A DNA stretch of 56,754 bases, counting the filler, from Bipalium vagum (lineage: Eukaryota), in NCBI GenBank assembly GCA_037834085.1. It is 3 parts of 3 records of this genome, joined end to end, with 100 filler letters (N's around TTAATTAATTAA, not from the genome) between each part and the next. Parts side by side here need not be neighbours in the genome. Positions count along the whole stretch, not along the records: positions 38,781 to 56,754 come from JBBMKC010045065.1; 2 more parts are not named here. One strand, given 5' to 3'. Below the pieces are notes generated by a model that ran no database searches, was not told the DNA's origin, and saw only the letters and a program-made list of their open reading frames with translations. Made by a program: the position numbers and the translations under genes. Numbering within the stretch: the stretch's first letter is position 1; each line of letters begins with the position of its first letter. This document shows positions 38,681 to 51,434 of this stretch, one piece after another.

Positions 38681-38780
38681 NNNNNNNNNNNNNNNNNNNN
38701 NNNNNNNNNNNNNNNNNNNNNNNNTTAATTAATTAANNNNNNNNNNNNNNNNNNNNNNNNNNNNNNNNNNNNNNNNNNNN
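38681..38780. other. Assembly gap with artificial stop-codon linker
   Basis: 44 N + TTAATTAATTAA + 44 N. Confidence 0.97.
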
Positions 38781-40795
38781 GTAGTAAGCGTTTCCCAAAT
38801 CGATTGAGGAAAAATATTTTGATCCCCAAGTCTATCCATCATTTCTTCAGTATTTGGCATCGGGAACGTTGGTCTAACAGTTACTGCATTTAATTATCTG
38901 AAATCTAGACAAATCCTGATATCCTTCTTTTCCTTTTTCCAAACAATGACCATAGGAGAGCTCCACATTGAGTTGCAACTACGAATGATATTATTTTCGA
39001 GAATGTTCTTCATTGTCTCATTGATCTTTTCTTCTAAATAAACTGGCTGTCGCCAGGGTTTTACATTAATTGAGCCTTCCGTAGTTTGAATTCTGTGTTT
39101 TACCAGATGTGTGCACCCGATATCCCAATTATCTGCCATGAACACATTTTCATATTTCTTCACTAGCCTTGCGAGTTTCTTGTTTTTGTCAATCTTTAAC
39201 ACATTCATTGCCTGATGAAAACGTTCGTCACTGTTTATAATTCTTCCAAATCTAGCTTCAATTGTACACATGTTGTTTCTTTCATTGTCTTCTTCTTGCA
39301 TGATCTTCTTTCACTGCAACTCTAAACCAAATTTTGTCAAAAGATCGATACCTCCAATCACATCAGGAACAATTGTATCTGCAACTATGAACCGAATTTT
39401 CTCTATTTTCTCATCTACCTGTACAATCGTCATGATGCTCCCTAAGATATCCAATCTGCTATTTTTTGCGCACCGAAGATGTTTACCTGTTTGTTCTAAT
39501 TCGATGTCTCTGAGAGATTCATAAACTCTCAGGCTCAAGACATTTACTCTCGCTTCCGTATCCAACAAACATTCATATTTTTGGCCATTAATTCTTACAG
39601 ACATGCTTGGTCTTTCATCCATTTTGTCAAATGTTATTTCTGATCTTCTTTTTACTCCAATTGCACCAATACCCTGTGTTGTCTGCCCCTCCTGTCATGC
39701 TCCCTTAAGAAATTTTAAAACTTTGCCCTGCACCTTCTGGTCCCCACTAGATACGCTTTGGGAATAGTTCTCAGACGTCGACACATGGTTCCAATCATCT
39801 CTCCATCTGATGGAGCCCAAACTTTTGGGTCTTCATCTTCAATATCTCTACGATTACTCATGTTTTTCCTGTAATTGTCCGAAACCTGGTGTTCCAAATT
39901 TCTTCTCCTAAGCTATTGATAAATTTTCCATTTCTGCTCACTCCATAAGCTCTTTCTTTTCTAGCATATTCAAAATTTCTTCCTGATTCTGCACCACAGT
40001 ATGTTGAGACATGACCAAAACTCCCACATTTGAAACATTTTGTGTTTGGGCAATTTCTTCGGATGTGACCTTTTCTTCCGCATCAATAGCATATCCGTTC
40101 TTTTCTTTCTGAGCATAATCTAACTATGTGTCCAGGCCTATTGCATGCATAGCAAATTATTGGTCTTCTTTCTGGAAGAGCTGTTGATGACATATTTCGG
40201 TTATTGGTGTAGGTTTTTGTGTTTCTCATTTTGGGATTATTAGCAAATCTATTATCCATGATAGCATCCCTGTATGATCTGATTGTGCTTATTTTCTCTT
40301 CTTCTTTACGCATTTCCGAAACAACTTTAATAGTTTCCTTGATGGTCCGCACGTCTGATATCTTTCGCAGTCTGATTTCTTCTTTGACCTTTTCATGAAT
40401 CGTCCCATTTTGTAACAATTCGACGAGAAGAGATTCCTTATCTAACTTCAGTGCTAATATCTTCTCCACCAATTCTTCGACCTTATTGAAAAATACTTCG
40501 AAATCTTCTTCTCCTTGCCTAAAATTCACTATCTCTTCAAAAATGGATAATGATTTATTTGGATGTGCGAAGGCCAAGCGAAGCCTTTCTTCAAACCCTG
40601 AGGCTTTCCCTTATGTGCTAAATCATCTTCTCAATCCATACTTCTCTGTCTTTCTTCTTAATTTGCGACATGTCAAAATAGCGATTGCATGATCTGATGA
40701 ACTTCTCTAAAAGTCTCTGGAATGAATCTTTCTACTAATGATGCAGGTATGGTCGCCATGATAAGTTGAATTGATTCTTCTCCTAAATTATTCAT
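38781..40795 (-). mobile_element. Ty3/Gypsy LTR retrotransposon, defective gag - protease - start of RT, truncated by the gap
   Basis: Gag has three CCHC knuckles (CYACNRPGHIVRLC, CY*CGRKGHIRRNC, CFKCGSFGHVSTYC). The protease reads LLDTEARVNVL..VIGGIDLL. The RT reads WSSPMVIVWKKEKKDIRICLDFR*LNAVT..FPMP..YFSSIDLGNAYY. The order is PR then RT, with premature stops. Confidence 0.96.
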
Positions 40796-41174
40796 TAAAT
40801 GCAATAAGAAAAGCTATTTATAGCATTATTGGACTATTCGGAGAAATAACCTTCTCAAGACTATAGACTGGTGATCGTCCATCAATTTCTACAGCTATAT
40901 AAGGACCGTTTTTCGTTTAGATACTGCCGAAGAAAAAAGAGAAATAAATTAATTATAATAAAATGTTAACTAATTATTATTAAGAACTTATTAGGAATGA
41001 ATTTCAGGAATCTATAGGCGACTGTACAGGGCCTAACAGACGACCTGGGAACCCAGTGATCACCCCGGGATGTATACTATTGTTTATTTTACTTTTGTTT
41101 AATTAATTCAATCATTTTCTTTTATTATTGAAACTTGATTTTTCTTTACATTTTGATTTGATTTTGTGCTTTTA

Positions 41175-41780
41175 TTAGGTAAATGTATTGAAAGTGAGCC
41201 TTTTTTAAATAGCTGTAATAAAGAAAATTTGTTCATTTGTTTAAATAAAACAATTTGAATATATACTGTTTATGCATTTTTCAAAAATATTCTATAAAAA
41301 CGTATTCTGATATCTTTTACTATATCTTATTTTTATCTTTTTATATAGAGGCTTACATACCAAATAAACCAAAATTGTCCAAAGTAATGTAATTTTATTC
41401 AGCTATTAAAAAATCTGCAGCAGAAACTCACAAAATCCTTGTTAGAGCTCAAAAGGACAATGTTCTATCAAAAGCCGCTTGCAAAAAATGGTTTGAACGT
41501 TTCCGAAAGGGTGAATTTTTGGTGGAAGATAAAGAGCGCCTAGGACAAACGAAAGTGTTTGAAGATCTAGACCTGGAAACATTGGTGCAAAATCCGTGTC
41601 AAACTCAAACTGATCTTGCTAACTCATTAAATACTTCTAAATCCTCAATTAGCCGACGTCTAAAAGTCATGGGAAAGCTCAAGGTAAAAGACATGGAAAG
41701 ACATGGTTACAATTTACTTCTAAAAAGGACAAGAAGCAATGGACTCAAAGAAACATGCATGAAGTCAATCAGACATTAAA
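41175..41780 (+). mobile_element. Mariner 5' half (Mos1/mauritiana-like N-terminus)
   Basis: TA|TTAGGT terminus. Reads KSAAETHKILV..CKKWFERFRKGEFLVEDKER..FEDLDLE..PCQTQTDLANSLNTSKSSISRRLKVMGK. Confidence 0.88.
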
Positions 41781-41950
41781 GTAGAAGGTATCAGAATTTT
41801 GGAAAAACATTTGATAATAGGGAACAGAAATTTACTACAAGTAAACGTAGTACCACATCAGCGTTACGCAGAGATGGTTCTATATCAAAGTCGACCGAAA
41901 CTTTTGAATATCTTTGAATCAGAACAGCATGATGGGATCATTATAGCATA

Positions 41951-42386
41951 ATGCTAACTGCCGTGATGTCCGAGATGTTAGATAGAGTAGAAGAAGTTTG
42001 CGTTGGTCAAAGAGACCCTACAGCATTTTCCATGAAAAAAATTGCTAGGCGGCTCTATAATAGATGTAGAGGTTTACGATTACCAAGGGACGAACATCTT
42101 CGACCGGGTCAGTGTTTTTGTTGTTGTGATGGTGGTGAACATTTAAGAATACGTTTTCCATTGAAGAATATGTTTTATACGTGGGAAGGACGAACATGGT
42201 TTTCGTTCTTGTCCACTTTTGGAAGAGGGACATTACAGACTCCATTGCTCACATGTTATCTGTGGGATCCAGCCATTAACTCTGAATAGAAATCGAATTG
42301 TGTTGAAATAAAGATTATCGTGTTTATTTTGATTCATTAAGGGTTATTGTGAGTAAAGTGTATTTTGATTAACGAACACGGTAACA
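41951..42386 (+). mobile_element. Decayed gag zinc-knuckle remnant followed by a short LTR-like segment (42254-42386)
   Basis: CFCC(C)DGGEHLRIRF and, in a shifted frame, CFIRGKDEHGFRSC are two degenerate CX2CX4HX4C motifs. They are followed by TGTTATCTGTG...AATAAA...CACGGTAACA with inverted TG..CA ends. Confidence 0.5.
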
Positions 42387-42794
42387 ACTAACTGAATAGT
42401 CAGAGAAATAATAATATATATAATAATATATTAAGACGATTTCGTAGTAATTGTTATTAGATTTTTATGAAATCTCATTTAAAGCTCTTTGAAAAAAGTT
42501 AAATAAGAATGAATTATTTTATGGATTATCACAATTTTAGTGATTCATAATAAGTCTTGGAAAATGTGTTTTAGAGTTTAATATATTTTCTTTATTTTCT
42601 GATAGTTGGGGAAATTTCTAAAAATGTATTTTAATCACTGCACATCCTCCGAGAGTTAGGTTTTCCAAGAAATTTTTAAAAATATAATTTAATCGATTTA
42701 AAGCAACCGTTTTATTTTTATTTTTCTATTTATTTCCTTAAGTATACAACTGTATAAAAACTATTAATATTTGTGAAAAAAATTATTTACTTAT

Positions 42795-43810
42795 TTAAAT
42801 CCGGTAACAAATTTTTTGTTTTTCTAAACTAATCCAATCTGAGTTTCTTAAAATATTCTGCCCAGCTTCAAAAATAGAATAAATGTCTCCAGCTAAACAT
42901 GCAAATTGTTCTTTTATGTAATTCCAGTGCTGAATTGAATTTTTTGTTGGGAGAATTAACAATAATAAAATGACAATTTGTTTCCAGATAAATTAGAAAA
43001 TATAATTGAAAAATATTTTCAACGTTTTTCTTTCGATATTTTTGTTCAAAAAATTGACAACAACCAGTGCACTTTAAAAATTATCAAAGTAAAACCCCAA
43101 AAGTACAGGATTTGTGTAATATTCAACGAGAAGTCTATATCTCTTTAAATTTAATAATTTTATTTTTGAGAAAAATAAATCAATAAAAATTGAGTTATTT
43201 CGTTGACAGTAGATATTTTTTCAATACGTGGATTTTAGTGACAGAATTCTTAAGAATTGAAGTATGAATTATTATAGTTTTCCAATACCAAATAATAAAT
43301 TTTTTTAAAATCATTATATTTAAGAAAAATCCAAATCTCAAAGAATTTATAAATTGAAAATATTTTTAAAAATGGTACAATGAATTTTTATCTCAAAATT
43401 TTGAAATTATCGATTTAATAATTACGGTAATTTTTTCATTTAAATTAATAAATTGAAAAATTTCCTAAATAAATAAATATTAATCAATTAATTTATGGAA
43501 AATAGTTCAATATATTTGAGTTTATTTTATTAAAAAGTATGAGAAAATTTATTTTTGAAAATTTGATTAATTATGAAATTGGAAGAAAATTGAAAACTTA
43601 AAATAAATAAGCTCTTTTCAATAAATATAATGGCTATTAAATGATTTTTAAATAAAAGAGGCCTTCCAAAATACTCCGGAATTAAATTTGCATACTTGAA
43701 AAATCAGAAGAGATTTCATTAATAATTTTAGAAGATTCTTTCAGTTTACCTTTGAGAAAACTTTTCAATATAAATTTTTCTAAATACTTTTTCTCCAATT
43801 AATTTTGTTA
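42795..43810 (-). CDS. Candidate spliced gene or pseudogene fragment of unknown function
   Basis: A phase-consistent GT-AG chain 43810-43750, 43134-43107, 43071-42961, 42929-42795 gives a stop-free TKLIGEKVFRKIYIEKFSQRLLVEYYTNPCTGCCQFF...HWNYIKEQFACLAGDIYSIFEAGQNILRNSDWISLEKQKICYRI*. It needs 35- and 31-nt introns, and no family was recognised. Confidence 0.33.
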
Positions 43811-44019
43811 CTTAAAATATATTTACGATATTACATTTAATAATTTAAGGATAAATTAATTAAGAAAAATACTCGTCTGAATATTCAAATATATATTATG
43901 ATATAAATATATTAAATGTCTTTATTTCCTAAATACAAGGTTTAATTACGATAATAGTTAAATTTCTTAATTAATACGAAAAATAATCTTAACCACAGTC
44001 AATCATGTATTCAATCAAA

Positions 44020-45112
44020 ATAAGGCGATATTGAGTGTGCTGCTAATTAAGGCATTTTATATTTCTTCCATCGTAAAGAGTAACTGGTCACTGTCAGTTG
44101 GCAGCTCTTAATCCCGTTTTTGAATGCACTCCATACAATCCCTTAAATTTCTGTTAGGTTTATATCTTGACTAGTACTAAGACATGGAAAAACATTGACA
44201 TCATTTCTTTTTTTGATGTGGAAGCAGGTGTAGAAGCATTGTCCTGTTGAAATTGACCTCCATTTGGTAAGAGTTTGCGTATAAATGACAATAGACCAGC
44301 TTTAAATTGTTGGTACCTTTCTGAATTCAAACTTCCACCTTTAACCAGATACAGTGGTGTAACTCCATTCACAGAAAAAGCAACCCAAATTACCTCTGCT
44401 TCGATTTACATTAAACATTCTTCATTATACCGTTCTCCTATATGTCGACCCATATACTGAGTGCCTAATGAAAATCTACTCTCGTAACCGAAGACAATGC
44501 GAGACCAGCCATCTGATATCCAGTGTAAGTAATTGATTGCCCACTTAATTCTTCGATTTTTCAATCTTTGATTCAGTTTTGGTTTCCCTTCTCACAAAAT
44601 CGTCTACTCATAGTTCGTACAGAAATATAAGGGATAATTTCCTTTCGTATTTCAAATTTCAAAACCGATTAGCTTCACAATTTCGTACGATATGATATTT
44701 ATCTTACTTATTTGTGATTTTGCTGATTCCGCATTGAGAATTTACTCTTATCTGGGGCATAACTTTTTTCAGTCATTGACAAAATGTAGGAACTATATCT
44801 AGGTATCTTTAAATAAGCCACAATTTCCTGATTGCTCCGTTGAGCATCATATTTCACTGAATATATTCTTCCAAGCATAAAATCTTATAGATCTACACAT
44901 CTTTTCATGTTTTGACTAGCATCCATTTTAAATGAATATTTTGTTAAAACAAAATTAGAAAATATCTATTTTACTATATAAAATTTCATTGGCTGTCTAT
45001 TCACTTTAGTTAAATAGTTGAAATGACTAAATAAGAAATAATTTTAACAAATGCATTGGTTATATAAAAACTACGGATTTTAAAGGTGCGTACTTTTCAG
45101 TGTTCATGACTG
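44020..45112 (-). mobile_element. Tc1-family transposase pseudogene
   Basis: TA|CAGTCATGAACACTGAAAAGTACGCAC terminus at 45112. Reads WSRIVFGYESRF (FSDESxF), VIWVAFSVNGVTPL..GSLNSERYQ and FQQDNAS. Confidence 0.88.
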
Positions 45113-46539
45113 TAGAATATTAATGAACAATAAAATTTATAATTTTACTTCTCCAGATCATAATTTTCAATTTTTAATACGTATTTCAATTTTATTTTCT
45201 AAGTACTTATCATATTCAAAATCATCCTAATTTTCTTTCTTTATTTTTTCTTATATTTTTTCTGAATTTTTATCTAAATAAGTATTTTATTGACTTAGGT
45301 GTTATTAATAATATTTATAATGGATAATTTTATTCATTTGTAATTATAGCCCTTTGGAGATTACACAAAGAGAAAATTAAATTTTTTTATATTACATCAT
45401 TATTATTAATTAACATTTGTCTCAATAATTTTCATAATTAATAAGTGTTATATCTCCTCAAAGTAGCTTTTGAGAGTTACTGGGAGAAAAGGAAAAAGAA
45501 ATAATAATAATAATTAAGCATATACTAGTATAAACAGAATGAATAAGGATCAGTAATTAATCAAAAAAACTGAATGAAAGAAATTTGGAAAAAGGAAAAT
45601 TTTTCCTTAGTTTATATTCTCCTAATATTAATTGATTTTCACGCGTAATTTTCAGTCGATGATCTTCGGACTGTTATTTTAAGTCTTTCTGTTTCATTAA
45701 GGCTTTGAACAATTGAAAAACCCTCATCATATAATAAACAGGCGAAAATTTTGATTTATTTTAACTTCATTCAGTGAAACGGCTCCATCTGTTGATTATA
45801 GGATTAATAATCCTAACAATTATAAGTGCTTATCGATAAATAATTTCAGAATTAATGACTTTGAGCTCTGTTGAGTATTACAGATGAAGTTTGCCAACAT
45901 TAATTTGAATAATTATAATTTTTAATAACTTTTCATAATTTGATTGCTTATTTTGACCCTAATTGGAAACTAAAACTGCTGTTGAGATCGTTCAATTTGG
46001 TAAAGTTTTTATCCAATCAAAATAATTATAAAAACCCTAACCTCTTACTTTTGCTATAACGTTGATTTTGTGAAAAATATTATTAAAAAAAGAGAACTTT
46101 TTAATCACTCAAATATAAGAAATGTATAAAAAAACTAATTATCAGGATAATTGTATATTGGCTTAGCAACAAGATATATTTCTGTTTTTCTAACGACTCT
46201 AATTTTTTTTAATTATTTACTAGTTATTATGAAATATTAGATCACACATATATTGTAAGATAAGTTTTCGTTGGAAAATGAGTTAAAAGTATATGTAGAG
46301 AGCTAAATTAAAAAAAATATGAATGGTTATCATGACCAATTTGATGTAAAATGCAAATCAGATTTTAAGAAATAATAAATCAATGAATTTATCAGTGAAA
46401 TATTTACTAAAAAATAATGTATTAAGTTGCTAAGTAAATAATTTCTAAAGTAAATGATTCTACATTACCTCGACTAACATTGAAAAACATAAATAGGTAA
46501 ATGATTGCTTCAGGAATTAAGTAATTCTCAGAAAAATTG

Positions 46540-47120
46540 TTACAACAATGATCAATTTCTTTATTGAATTGTGACCTATAATGAAAAATGGATTGTCTAC
46601 GACAAACGGTGGTGGTCATCACAATGGCTGAACATTTATGAAATTCAATGAGAGCTAGATTGTACCAAAAGAAGACCATGGAGTCGATTTGGTGGTTCAC
46701 GGTGATGCACTACAGTTTCTTAATTCAAGGAGAAACTATGACACCAGAAAGATATTATCAAGAAGTTGACGGAATGCAACTGAAATTACAATCTCTATAC
46801 CTTACATTAGTCAATAGAAAAAAAATCCAATAATTCTTCACAAAAATGCTTGGCCACACGCTGCAAACAATCCCTGCAGAACCTGAATGATTTTGGAAAT
46901 AAAAGTCTAACCACATCCAGAATACACATCAAATCAGTTATCTACTGACTCATTTTTTATCATCTTCACGACTTCATGCAAGAGAAAATCCTAAACAAAT
47001 GTGGTGTTCAAAATGCCTTCCGTAAATTTATGGATCCCAGAAGACTGAATTTCTACGTCATTGAAATAAAAAACTTATTTCGCGTTAGCAAAAATTTGTT
47101 GTTTGTCATGGAACATATTT
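46540..47120 (+). mobile_element. Mariner transposase pseudogene, catalytic half (cecropia-like)
   Basis: IVTYNEKWIVYD, LYQKKTMESIWW..HYSFLIQGETMTPERYYQEVD..LVNRK, LHKNAWPH, and VQNAFRKFMDPR. Confidence 0.9.
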
Positions 47121-47519
47121 TAAATAAAAGACTCTTGTATTCTGAGATTTTTAATAATATACTTTTCGATTAAAACAATTATTTTTCTTGCTTGATATTT
47201 ACAAAATAGAAAAGCTGCTTTTCTCAATAATGCTGGAAATGATGATTCAATGATTCTCAATTTTTTAATCATCTTCTATAATAAGATTTATCTAAACTTT
47301 CCAAAAAGGCTTTTATGTCATCCATATTTTCATTATTTGAGCTGCAAATTTTTTAAAATTTCTTAAAAATTAAGTGAAATAGAAAAGCTGAAAAGAACCT
47401 TTAGAAATCAAAACATTAAATTAAATCAAAGTAATAAATATGTTCGATAAAAACTGAAAATTAAGGTTTCAATGATAAAGCATTTGAACTAAACCTTATT
47501 ATTATCAAGAAAATTGAGA

Positions 47520-47850
47520 AAGTATTAAAAATGACTCTTGCCAAAGTTAGACAAAGCTAGATTTCGATAAGTGTAGTGGTTTATCTATTGCAATAGACAA
47601 GGTTTAGGTCATGGAACAAACTATGAATCGACCTCATAATATTTCACTTAAAAAATTCGTAAAACAACGGTTATGATGAGTATCTAGTGATGTTCAACGG
47701 ATTCAATTCATTTCATTCCAGGTAACGGATTTATGGTAGATATTTATTGTCAACAAATTGGCGAAATGTATTAAAAGTTGTGGCACATTAGCAGACATTG
47801 ATGAATATGATAGCATTATTGATTCTGCATATCAAAATCCAGATTCACAA
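47520..47850 (+). mobile_element. Strongly decayed mariner fragment
   Basis: Patches TVMMSI*.. and DIYCQQIGEMY resemble VMxSVWW and xxYCQQLDEM. Confidence 0.5.
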
Positions 47851-47929
47851 TAAATAAAAATTGAGTAATAAAAATTAGTAAGTTGTAAGCCTGAAATATT
47901 TATATATCTCTCTTACACACTACCATCTT

Positions 47930-48635
47930 ACAGGATTCTAAAGGTCGTTTCTAAATTTCAAATGTGTAGAGGCATTACATGACCTTCACTGCCAAAGACT
48001 GTGAGGTGAGCTGGATACTTTGTTTTCACGACTCTGAGCACCATCTGTTATTCTGCCTGTTGTGTGCCTGATCCTTAGAGAAGTTTTTCTCATCGAAAAA
48101 AAAGTTGTAACATGTTTGATGCCAAAGGATGTTTGATATTTTGCAAAAGTTTCTTACTATTTTCGAGGCGTGTCATTTTTATCTTCTCCGTAAGAAACTG
48201 TTCACTCCACATCTGAAAAACGTGTAGCGAGTATCTTCGCTCCCAAAAAGTCTAACAGTATTATGTGAAATACCTAATCGTCGAGAAATCTCATGAATTA
48301 AAACTGATGGGTTGTCAATCATTTACTGCACATTTGGAATAATTTTTTGCTTCTCACTTTTTTTTACCGATCTTGTTTTTCGGTTACTTACAGCTTTCAC
48401 ATCAGATTCCTATTCAATCAACTTCTCAGTAATTTCATTGCTGGTCATTCCGGAGAATATTTAATATATTATTAATTTTCTTTTCCATTCTTCAGGCCAC
48501 TGAAATTCATTTGTAATGTTCGCATTTATTGTTTATAGATGATGAAATCTATAAAATAAAATAAAGAAGTAAAATTAATTGCTTACTAAAATTGTTGCAC
48601 TTTGAAAATCACGTCAATTTTATTCGCCCACCCTG
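47930..48635 (-). mobile_element. Tc1/mariner-superfamily remnant (DD37D/maT-like)
   Basis: TA|CAGGGTGGGCGAATAAA terminus at 48635. Patches read IDDNPS..EISRRLGISHNTVR, DEKNF and EGHVMP.HI. Confidence 0.65.
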
Positions 48636-48673
48636 TAAATCTATTTAATATTGTTCTTTTATAAGTCATTACA

Positions 48674-49336
48674 TTAGGTTGTTTAAAAATGAATGTCGGT
48701 TTTTATGAATGTAACTTATTTAACGTTATTTTGATATACTTTTGTTGTTTTAATACATACTATATGTCATTTTAAAGCGTTCAATTGAAATTATATTTCT
48801 GTAAGCATCTCATCATTATTTCATTTTATAATGAAAATTTTAAGATAACATGGAAAATAATAAATTACGTGCATTTTTTGAGTTTAAACTGAGACAAAAG
48901 TAGCAAAAGCAAGTCACAACATCAATTTGGCATTCGGTGAAGGAGCAACTAACGAACGTAGCTTAAAAATTTCGTTCAAAAAATTTCGGGATGAAAATTG
49001 AGACACTCGAGGATAAGGAGGGTTATGGATGAAAGACTTCAGTTGATAAGGAACAATTGAAAGCATTGGTAGAAGCGACTCTATTTGCCACAGAGTGTAG
49101 ACCTTATAAAAAACTTAGATGTTATAATTGGAACAATTTCGAATCATCTGAGAGAAATTGGTAAGTCTAAAAAGCTCGAAAAGTGGGTTCCAGACGATTT
49201 TAATGAAAATCAGAAAAATCATCAGTTTGAGGTTGCATCTCTGCAAACTTTTCTCAACAATAATGATCATTTTCTCGATCGAATTGTGACCACTGATGAA
49301 AAGTGGATACTATTTCTTAAACATCAAACCCAATAA
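48674..49336 (+). mobile_element. Mariner 5' half (cecropia/Hsmar1-like)
   Basis: TTAGGTTG terminus. Reads NINLAFGEGATNER and TISNHLREIGKSKKLEKWVPDDFNENQKNHQFEVAS..DHFLDRIVTTDEKWIL (WVPHEL motif and first catalytic Asp). Confidence 0.92.
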
Positions 49337-51093
49337 CAGCTACTTGTTTGAATTTAATCAATGTTTACCCATTCCTTATTCGAGATACTGTAACTATAGT
49401 GATGCACAAAAATTTAATAAAATCCTAAAGAATATTGTAGAACAATATTGTTAAATAATGATTTCGAAGACGATTTAATCTTTTCCAATTAACCAGAGTT
49501 TTGGAATGTCTTCTATTACACAAATAATTAATTATAATATTGATATTATTAATGCTAATATTATTCAAGTTCCTTATTTTGGAATATTTTTAAGAGTTGA
49601 TGATTTTTTTATATAATTAATCTGCCATAATTGACATAATGGTTATTTATTTCCTGAATGGATTGTCAGAAAAATGTTTCATCTAATTATATTATATGTA
49701 ATCTGTTGAAAGCAAGTTAATCAAAGTTTTTCAGTTATCCTCCTCTTGTCTTCATACAGACTGATATTGAGAAATCGGATTATAATTTAAACATAGTTTC
49801 AACCTCAGAATGATAAAAATAATTAGTTTGTAAATTGCTTTGGCATTCGTCTATTTTATTGCAAGTATCACAATTATATTTTTTATTTATATTTGTATTT
49901 GTAATATACACAAATTAATTATTATTATTATTAAAAAATCTTTTTTTTCATTAATAGAATAAAAAATTAAAAATAGTTAAAAAGATATTTTGAAATATAT
50001 CTAAATGCTAGGTATAATATATTAATACTTTTTCCGAGGTGTATATTTTATATTTTTAAATTTCTTTAAATATTTTTAATTTTCTTTATAACTACTGCTC
50101 TAAATATTTGATAAAGTTCTCTTTCTAAACCTAACCTTATAAAGCATTCATTAAAAACATTCTTTACTTTCATCCTTTTATTTCATCTATACTAAAAAGT
50201 AGGATATCTGGACTGCATATATAAATAAATTATAATATATATATAAATTTAACTTTATATATTATCGTGTTAGATAAATCAGATTTCTCTGATATTTTTT
50301 TTTGAAGGGAATGATAAATGAGTAGAATATTTTTATTAAAATATGATTTCAGTACCATTTTAATTTTTTTAAAATCAAAGTTGCTTTATTTTTAAATTTC
50401 TTGTTTGCGTATTGAAAAATTTAAGACGCAATCTTGAAGAAATTAGAATATTATTGGAAAATAATCAAACTATTTAATTTCGAAACTTAGGAAAAGGTCT
50501 TCTGAACACTGAAGACATTAAAAAAATTTTGATCAGACAGAAAATCTCTTCAAAACAAACCTATGAAATATATAGAACGTTGGCTTAAAATTTTGCTCTA
50601 TTTTTTAAGAGATTTAATTTTTTAGAATCTATGAGGAAATATTGTGAGAAATGTATTAAGGGCAACTTTGTTTAATTTAATTGAATATTTTTATCCAATT
50701 TATCTTTATTTTGAATTGACAGTTAAATTTAATAAAAATTGGAAATTTCATTCGCACATGCCAAATACATGTGGACATAATATTAAAATCGTTTTGTTCA
50801 CAAAAAATATTTTGAGCCTCAACAAATTAATAAAAACAATTAAATTTTATATTTTATTCAGAATGATTGAAAAATTAATTAGTAAAACAAGCAGCAGTTT
50901 TATTGTTCTATCTTGATACAATAATCAGGTTTCAATGGCCTAATTAATTTTTTTAATCTCAATTTTTAAATTATCAATAATTCTTGTTCTAATTTAATCT
51001 TTGATAACAAAAAATATTATTTTTATATTTTTCGGAGTGTCAATATTTAAGAGAATAAGATTGATTTTAAAATTGCAAAAAATCGTAGATAAG

Positions 51094-51434
51094 TTAGAGA
51101 AATATATTGAAAGAAGAAATACTTTCTATTGAAGAACTTCTAATTACTGGACCACAGTACCACTCAATATTTTTATCATACTGATCATCTTTTGCTGGTT
51201 CTAACAGATGCTTCCGTGAATCAGACCCCATTGAGCTTGCTCGATGCTTAGTTTGATGAATGTATTTATCATTGTTATACATTTGCTTGGAACAACTCTG
51301 AGAACTCATTGACTGAAATTCGTCGAAAGATGACATAAATCCCAAGCTTTGATTCTGGTTATTACATTGATGGGTACTTGTAGCGGTTTGTGGGCATGAA
51401 TTTTTTGATGGATTAGGAACGGATAAATACTTTC
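51094..51434 (-). CDS. Unknown single-pass membrane protein, probable terminal exon (Ser-rich cytoplasmic tail)
   Basis: CAATAG acceptor, phase 1, matching the donor at 56066. Open for 113 codons: (G)KYLSVPNPSKNSCPQ..KHRASSMGSDSRK..IEWYCGPVIRSSSIESISSFNIFL*. Linkage to the 56-kb exons is inferred from strand and phase only. Confidence 0.7.

Noticed and set aside
42795-45790. Genome-wide stop-codon reassignment (TAA or TGA as sense)
   Set aside because: Amph, tropomyosin and the membrane protein end in TAA and Wnt ends in TAG at the expected positions. None of their several hundred codons contains an internal stop.
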